A stretch of DNA of 64,000 bases from a bacterium. Its GTDB lineage: Bacteria; Zhuqueibacterota; Zhuqueibacteria; Residuimicrobiales; Krinioviventaceae. The notes beneath the pieces are model-generated. The model made no database searches. It saw nothing but the letters and a program-made list of their open reading frames with translations, and had not been told where the DNA came from. Positions 59,395 to 64,000 of this stretch are shown one piece after another (the stretch's first letter is position 1; each line of letters begins with the position of its first letter). Location of the stretch: NCBI GenBank assembly GCA_963674595.2, contig CAXXFV010000001.1, positions 1 to 64,000 of the forward strand, in the 5' to 3' direction. The translations under genes were made by a program, and so were the position numbers.

Positions 59395-60369
59395 ATGGCT
59401 GAAGTGACATATCTCCAGGCAATTAACGAAGCTCTTTTTGAGGAAATGGACAGGGACCCTCAAGTGATCCTTATCGGTGAAGATGTCGGTCCCTATGGCG
59501 GGGCCTTTAAGGTGACCAAGGGACTTTATGAAAAATTTGGCGATAAACGGGTTATAGACACACCCATCTCCGAATCCGCTATTATTGGTGTGGCCGTTGG
59601 AAATGCCATTACAGGTATGAGGCCTGTTGCTGAAATTCAGTTTGCGGATTTTATAACAAATGCATTTAATCAAATTGTTACCAATGCCGCCACGCTTCAC
59701 TACCGTTATAGTATCCCGGTGCCCATGGTCATTCGAACGCCATCCGGCGGCGGCATACATGGCGGACCGTTTCATTCCAAAAACCCGGAAGCGTGGTTTG
59801 TGCATCAACCCGGACTCAAGGTTGTTGCGCCTGCTTTTCCTTATGATGCAAAAGGATTGTTAAAATCCGCTATCCGGGACAATAATCCGGTTTTATATTT
59901 TGAGCACAAGTTTCTTTACCGCCGGATTAAGCAAGAACTGCCTCAGGAAGACTATACCGTTCCCATTGGTAAAGCCGCCATTGTAAGAGAGGGTTCGGAT
60001 GTCAGTATCATCACCTATGGCTCTATGGTGCATGAGTCTATAAAAGCGGCTGACGAACTTGCAAAAAAGGGAGTGAACCCGGAAATTCTGGACCTGCGCT
60101 CCTTGCAGCCGATGGACCTGGACGCCATATTTAAAACAGTTGCCAAAACCAGTCGTGTGGTCATTGTTCATGAAGACAACCTGACCGGCGGCATCGGAGG
60201 AGAAATCGCAGCCCTTATTGCCGACCAGGGATTTGAAATGCTGGACGCGCCGGTTAAGCGGGTGGCTGCTATTGATACCCCCATGCCCTACAGTCCGGTT
60301 ATGGAAGAATATCACTTACCCAATTCAGCAAAAATTATCAAGGCAGTTGAACAAACTTTGGACTATTGA
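59395..60369 (+). CDS. 2-oxoacid dehydrogenase E1 beta subunit
   Basis: GEDVG, DTPISE, EIQFADF, GPFHS, FEHK. Confidence 0.93.
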   Translation: MAEVTYLQAINEALFEEMDRDPQVILIGEDVGPYGGAFKVTKGLYEKFGDKRVIDTPISESAIIGVAVGNAITGMRPVAEIQFADFITNAFNQIVTNAATLHYRYSIPVPMVIRTPSGGGIHGGPFHSKNPEAWFVHQPGLKVVAPAFPYDAKGLLKSAIRDNNPVLYFEHKFLYRRIKQELPQEDYTVPIGKAAIVREGSDVSIITYGSMVHESIKAADELAKKGVNPEILDLRSLQPMDLDAIFKTVAKTSRVVIVHEDNLTGGIGGEIAALIADQGFEMLDAPVKRVAAIDTPMPYSPVMEEYHLPNSAKIIKAVEQTLDY

Positions 60370-60617
60370 CAATGATAAAATTTTCCGAAAAGAGTCTGGA
60401 TCGATTTAAAGAAATAACGGCAACATTTCCAACCCGGGAATCTACATTTTTACCTGTTTTACAAATGGCCCGGAATGAGTTTGGGACTGTTAATCAGCAG
60501 GTGGTTTTATATTTGTCTGAATTATACGATCTGCCTGTAGAATATATAAATCAAATGATAGAACAGTATAAAATATTTATAGACCTTGACAAGGAAAGTG
60601 GAAAGGTTGTAAAATGA
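60366..60617 (+). CDS. Small protein resembling the NuoE/HoxE N-terminal helical domain (no 2Fe-2S domain)
   Basis: FPTRESTFLPVLQMARNEFGTV...YLSELYDLP...; no Cys; overlaps the E2 start (ATGA). Confidence 0.6.
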   Translation: MTMIKFSEKSLDRFKEITATFPTRESTFLPVLQMARNEFGTVNQQVVLYLSELYDLPVEYINQMIEQYKIFIDLDKESGKVVK

Positions 60618-61858
60618 AAATTGATATGGTTATGCCGCAAATGGGGGAGAGCATTGTAGAGGGAACAATCGTTAAATGGCTCAAGGCCCTTGGTGAAACA
60701 GTTGAAAAAGATGAAATTATTCTGGAAATCAGCACGGACAAAGTGGACTCTGAAATTCCGGCCCCGGCTGCCGGTACGCTGGATGAAATACTTGTAAAAG
60801 AAAATGAAACCGTTGCGGTGGGGACTGTTATTGCACGTATATCGACGGAAGCGGAACCTGCTGTAAAAGAAGATAAAGCATTACAGTTGGCTGCAGGCAA
60901 ACCGGATGAACAGCAAAAACCGGGTGATGATTCCACGGAAAACGAACAAAAAACATTTCTGTCGCCTGTTGTCAGGAAAATTGCCCGGGAATATAATTTA
61001 CCGATGGAGCAGGTCAAAACGATTGAAGGAACCGGTGCACAAGGACGGATTACCAAAAATGATATTTTAAACTATGTCAACATTCTTCAGGGACAAAAGA
61101 GTCCGGAACCAGTTGTTGAAGAAAAAGAGGCGCCTGTTGTTCCTACAGAAACCAAAATATCTGGACAGGACGAACGTATTGAGGTCATTCCTATCGATCA
61201 TGTGCGCAAGAAAATAGCGGAACACATGGTGATGAGTAAAAAAATTGCGCCGCATGTTACGTCGGTGGCTGAAGTGGATATGACCCGGATTGTTAATTAC
61301 CGTGAGCAAAGAAAAAGGTTGTTTCAAGAGCAGGAACTTGTTAAATTAACCTATACAGCATTTTTTGTTGAATGTGCTGTAAAAGCATTAAAAGAATATC
61401 CTGTTATGAATAGTTCTTTTGACGGAACAAATATTCTGCAAAAGAAATTTATCAATATTGGTGTAGCCGTTGGATTGGATAAGGGGCTCATTGTTCCGGT
61501 TATAAAAAACGCCGATCAATTAAATCTTGCCGGCATTCAACGTTCTTTAACGGATTTGGCTGACAGAGCACGGGTAAAACAGCTAAAACCCGATGAAGTC
61601 CAGGGAGGTACTTTTTCCATTACCAATATCGGGACCTTTGGTAATATTTTTGGAACACCTATTATTAATCAACCGCAGGTAGCCATTCTTGGTACAGGAG
61701 CCATAAAAAAGCGACCGGTTGTTATAGAAAATGATGCCATTGCTATTCGCTCAATGATGTACCTGAGCCTGACTTATGACCACAGGATTATTGACGGTTT
61801 ATACGCCGGAAAATTTTTACAGCGAATTGTTGAATTATTAGAAAATTATAATAACTAA
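60614..61858 (+). CDS. Dihydrolipoamide acyltransferase (E2), single lipoyl domain
   Basis: MPQMGES, STDKVDSE, LSPVVRKIA...GTGAQGRITK, TYDHRIIDG. Confidence 0.94.
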   Translation: MKIDMVMPQMGESIVEGTIVKWLKALGETVEKDEIILEISTDKVDSEIPAPAAGTLDEILVKENETVAVGTVIARISTEAEPAVKEDKALQLAAGKPDEQQKPGDDSTENEQKTFLSPVVRKIAREYNLPMEQVKTIEGTGAQGRITKNDILNYVNILQGQKSPEPVVEEKEAPVVPTETKISGQDERIEVIPIDHVRKKIAEHMVMSKKIAPHVTSVAEVDMTRIVNYREQRKRLFQEQELVKLTYTAFFVECAVKALKEYPVMNSSFDGTNILQKKFINIGVAVGLDKGLIVPVIKNADQLNLAGIQRSLTDLADRARVKQLKPDEVQGGTFSITNIGTFGNIFGTPIINQPQVAILGTGAIKKRPVVIENDAIAIRSMMYLSLTYDHRIIDGLYAGKFLQRIVELLENYNN

Positions 61859-61880
61859 TTACATTAAAGAAAGAAAAATA

Positions 61881-62567
61881 GTGGACTCTATAGCAGAATT
61901 TAAAGTTTTGGACGCTGGTTTGGTAAGATTAGTTGGTTTTATGGGCGGTGACAATGCCGTTGTTGAGGCGGCACGGGTTTCCTATGGAAAAGGTGTTACA
62001 GAAGCTGAACGGGACAGAAAATTAATTCACTTTCTTTTGGCTAATCGTCATGAAACACCATTTGAGCATAGTGTGTTTAAATTTCATATAAAATGCCCGA
62101 TTTTTGTGGCGCGGCAGTGGTTTCGTCATCGGATGTCAAGCTATAATGAAATTTCCGGTCGTTATACAAAGATGAAAGAAGAGTGCTGTTTGCCGGAAAA
62201 CCTGCGCACTCAAAAAGCAAGAAATTATGTTTATGAGACGGTTGAACCAGAGTTGAATAAAGAACTCAGGGACAAAATCCAGGACCATTATGATAAAACA
62301 TTTGAGCTCTATAACGAGCTATTGGAAAAGGGCGTTGCCAAAGAACATGCACGTATTATCCTTCCGCTTGCGTTGTATACTCAATTCTACTGGACAATTA
62401 ATGCCCGCTCTCTCATGAACTTTTTATCGCTTCGCAGCGATATTCATGCCCAGGGGGAAATCAGGGAATATGCGGATGTTATTGGCCAAATATTTCTAGA
62501 AAATATGCCCTACACGTATGAAGCTTTTTTGCGATATGTTGTTAACGGCGAAAAATGGACTGAATAA
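61881..62567 (+). CDS. thyX: FAD-dependent thymidylate synthase
   Basis: AARVSY, HETPFEH, RQWFRHRMSSYNEISGRY, NARSLMNFLSLR, AQGEIR. Confidence 0.95.
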   Translation: MDSIAEFKVLDAGLVRLVGFMGGDNAVVEAARVSYGKGVTEAERDRKLIHFLLANRHETPFEHSVFKFHIKCPIFVARQWFRHRMSSYNEISGRYTKMKEECCLPENLRTQKARNYVYETVEPELNKELRDKIQDHYDKTFELYNELLEKGVAKEHARIILPLALYTQFYWTINARSLMNFLSLRSDIHAQGEIREYADVIGQIFLENMPYTYEAFLRYVVNGEKWTE

Positions 62568-62588
62568 TATTAAAAAATTTGATAATAA

Positions 62589-63462
62589 ATGAATATAGAA
62601 AAAAAACAGAGGCGTCCACACTGGTTAAAAGTCAAATTGCCGGGTGGAAACGCTTTTACCAAAGTCAAGTCAGTAGTAAATAACGGGGAATTACATACGG
62701 TTTGTCAAAGTGCACGGTGTCCCAATATCGGTGAATGTTGGGGCCGGCAGACAGCGACATTTATGATTATGGGTGATCTTTGCACCCGAAACTGCCGATT
62801 TTGCGCTGTTAACCACGGCAAGCCTGAACCCTTGGATGAAAACGAACCAATTAAAATTGCCCGTGCGGTAAAACATCTGGGCCTTCGTTATGCTGTTATT
62901 ACATCCGTCACCCGAGATGACCTTGACGACGGCGGTGCCCGACATTTTGCCGAAACGATTCGTGCTGTCAAAAAACTACAGCCCGAATGCCGTGTTGAGG
63001 TGCTCATCCCGGATTTGCAGGGGGATAAAAGTGCTTTAAAAAACCGTCCTTGATGCGCAGCCGGATGTGTTGAATCACAATATTGAAACAGTGCCCCGGC
63101 TTTATCCGCAGGCACGTCCGCAGGCAGATTTTAACCGTTCAATTGAACTGTTGAAAAGAAGCGCTGAATTGGGCGCGCGTACAAAAACCGGTATTATGGT
63201 TGGTTTGGGTGAAACAGAAAAAGAAATTTTGGATGTATTTGAAATACTGGTTTCCGTTAACTGTAAAATTTTGACAATCGGACAATATTTGCAGCCCGGA
63301 CCGGAACAATTACCGATTCACGAGTTTATTCATCCCGATCAGTTTGCTATCTTGAAAAACAAAGCCCTGGAGCTTGGATTTGAACATGTAGAATCCGGGC
63401 CGCTGGTTCGCAGTTCCTATCACGCTGATGAACAGGTCAAGGTGCTTGATGGACAAAAGTAA
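62589..63462 (+). CDS. lipA: Lipoyl synthase, split by one extra A at 63038-63043
   Basis: [13 protein letters not shown] and CTRNCRFC; removing one A gives [20 protein letters not shown], joining the second ORF ([16 protein letters not shown]). Confidence 0.92.
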
Positions 63463-63928
63463 AACACCGCAGGTATCTTTAACCGAGATTTCAATTATTG
63501 CCACCCCGGCACAGGCCAATACACTTGGTACGGTTTTCGGTGGTAAACTCATGGAATGGATGGATATGGCGGCAGCTATTTGTGCCCGCCGTCATTCAAA
63601 TTTACGTGTAATAACAGCGGCTGTCAATGATATCCGGTTTATAAAACCGATTTATACGGGACAGGTGATTAAGACCGTTGCCCAAATGAACAGGGTTTTT
63701 GGTTCATCGATGGATATTAAAGTTGACGTTTACGGCGAAGACAGCTATGAAAATAAAACCTTCCTGGCGGCAACAGGAATTTTTCTGGTTGTAGGAACGG
63801 ATGAAAACAAACAACCTGTTAATGTGCCGGACCTGGTTGTTCTCACGGATGATGAAAAACATCGTTGGGAAATGGCAGGAAAACGACGGGAGACTTTTCG
63901 CGAAACGGAAAATAATAGAAAGGAATAA
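63449..63928 (+). CDS. Hotdog-fold acyl-CoA thioesterase
   Basis: ANTLGTVFGGKLMEWMD, FIKPI, FGSSMD. Confidence 0.88.
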   Translation: MDKSKTPQVSLTEISIIATPAQANTLGTVFGGKLMEWMDMAAAICARRHSNLRVITAAVNDIRFIKPIYTGQVIKTVAQMNRVFGSSMDIKVDVYGEDSYENKTFLAATGIFLVVGTDENKQPVNVPDLVVLTDDEKHRWEMAGKRRETFRETENNRKE

Positions 63929-63930
63929 AT

Positions 63931-64000
63931 ATGGCAGTGCTTGACGTCATAACTTATGGAGACCCAACGTTACGCAAAATAGCAGAACCCTATCAGAAAG
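63931..64000 (+). CDS. def: Peptide deformylase, N-terminus (truncated by window edge)
   Basis: MAVLDVITYGDPTLRKIAEP. Confidence 0.75.
   Translation, partial: MAVLDVITYGDPTLRKIAEPYQK

Noticed and set aside
63051-63053. TGA in lipA as a selenocysteine codon
   Set aside because: The downstream half is in a different frame, so read-through would not restore the protein
1-64000. CRISPR arrays, tRNA/rRNA genes, transposases, integrases, prophage or defence genes
   Set aside because: No spaced direct repeats, RNA gene signatures or such protein motifs seen; intergenic spaces are short

Overview
AT-rich bacterial chromosomal window, probably from an anaerobe (flavodiiron protein, SelB, multiheme c domain), with about 52 genes. 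I found no rRNA, tRNA, CRISPR array or mobile element. It carries uup, a cheW-chemoreceptor pair, a large multi-PAS hybrid kinase with an Hpt protein, sugar and peptidoglycan-recycling genes, iscS-iscU-fprA, and a 2-oxoacid dehydrogenase/thyX/lipA operon. Two systems stand out. (1) At 36661-36870, absent from the ORF track, is a 28-aa Met-rich leader peptide (MVYLHKKYMYMMMFYFMRKSGLAAGLPD) with mutually exclusive antiterminator and terminator hairpins. It precedes an archaeal-type homocysteine operon (UPF0280, asd, DUF39), which suggests a methionine-sensing ribosomal attenuator. (2) At 18.5-26.9 kb is a probably sigma54-driven redox locus: three GcvH-fold proteins that lack the lipoyl lysine and share a QDGG motif, a HybA-like ferredoxin, a HybB/NrfD protein fused to a triheme c7 domain, a CxxCH sensor kinase, an NtrC-type regulator and an archaemetzincin. 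uup and lipA are each split by a single-base homopolymer frameshift, probably assembly errors. All calls are by motif recognition; no searches were run.
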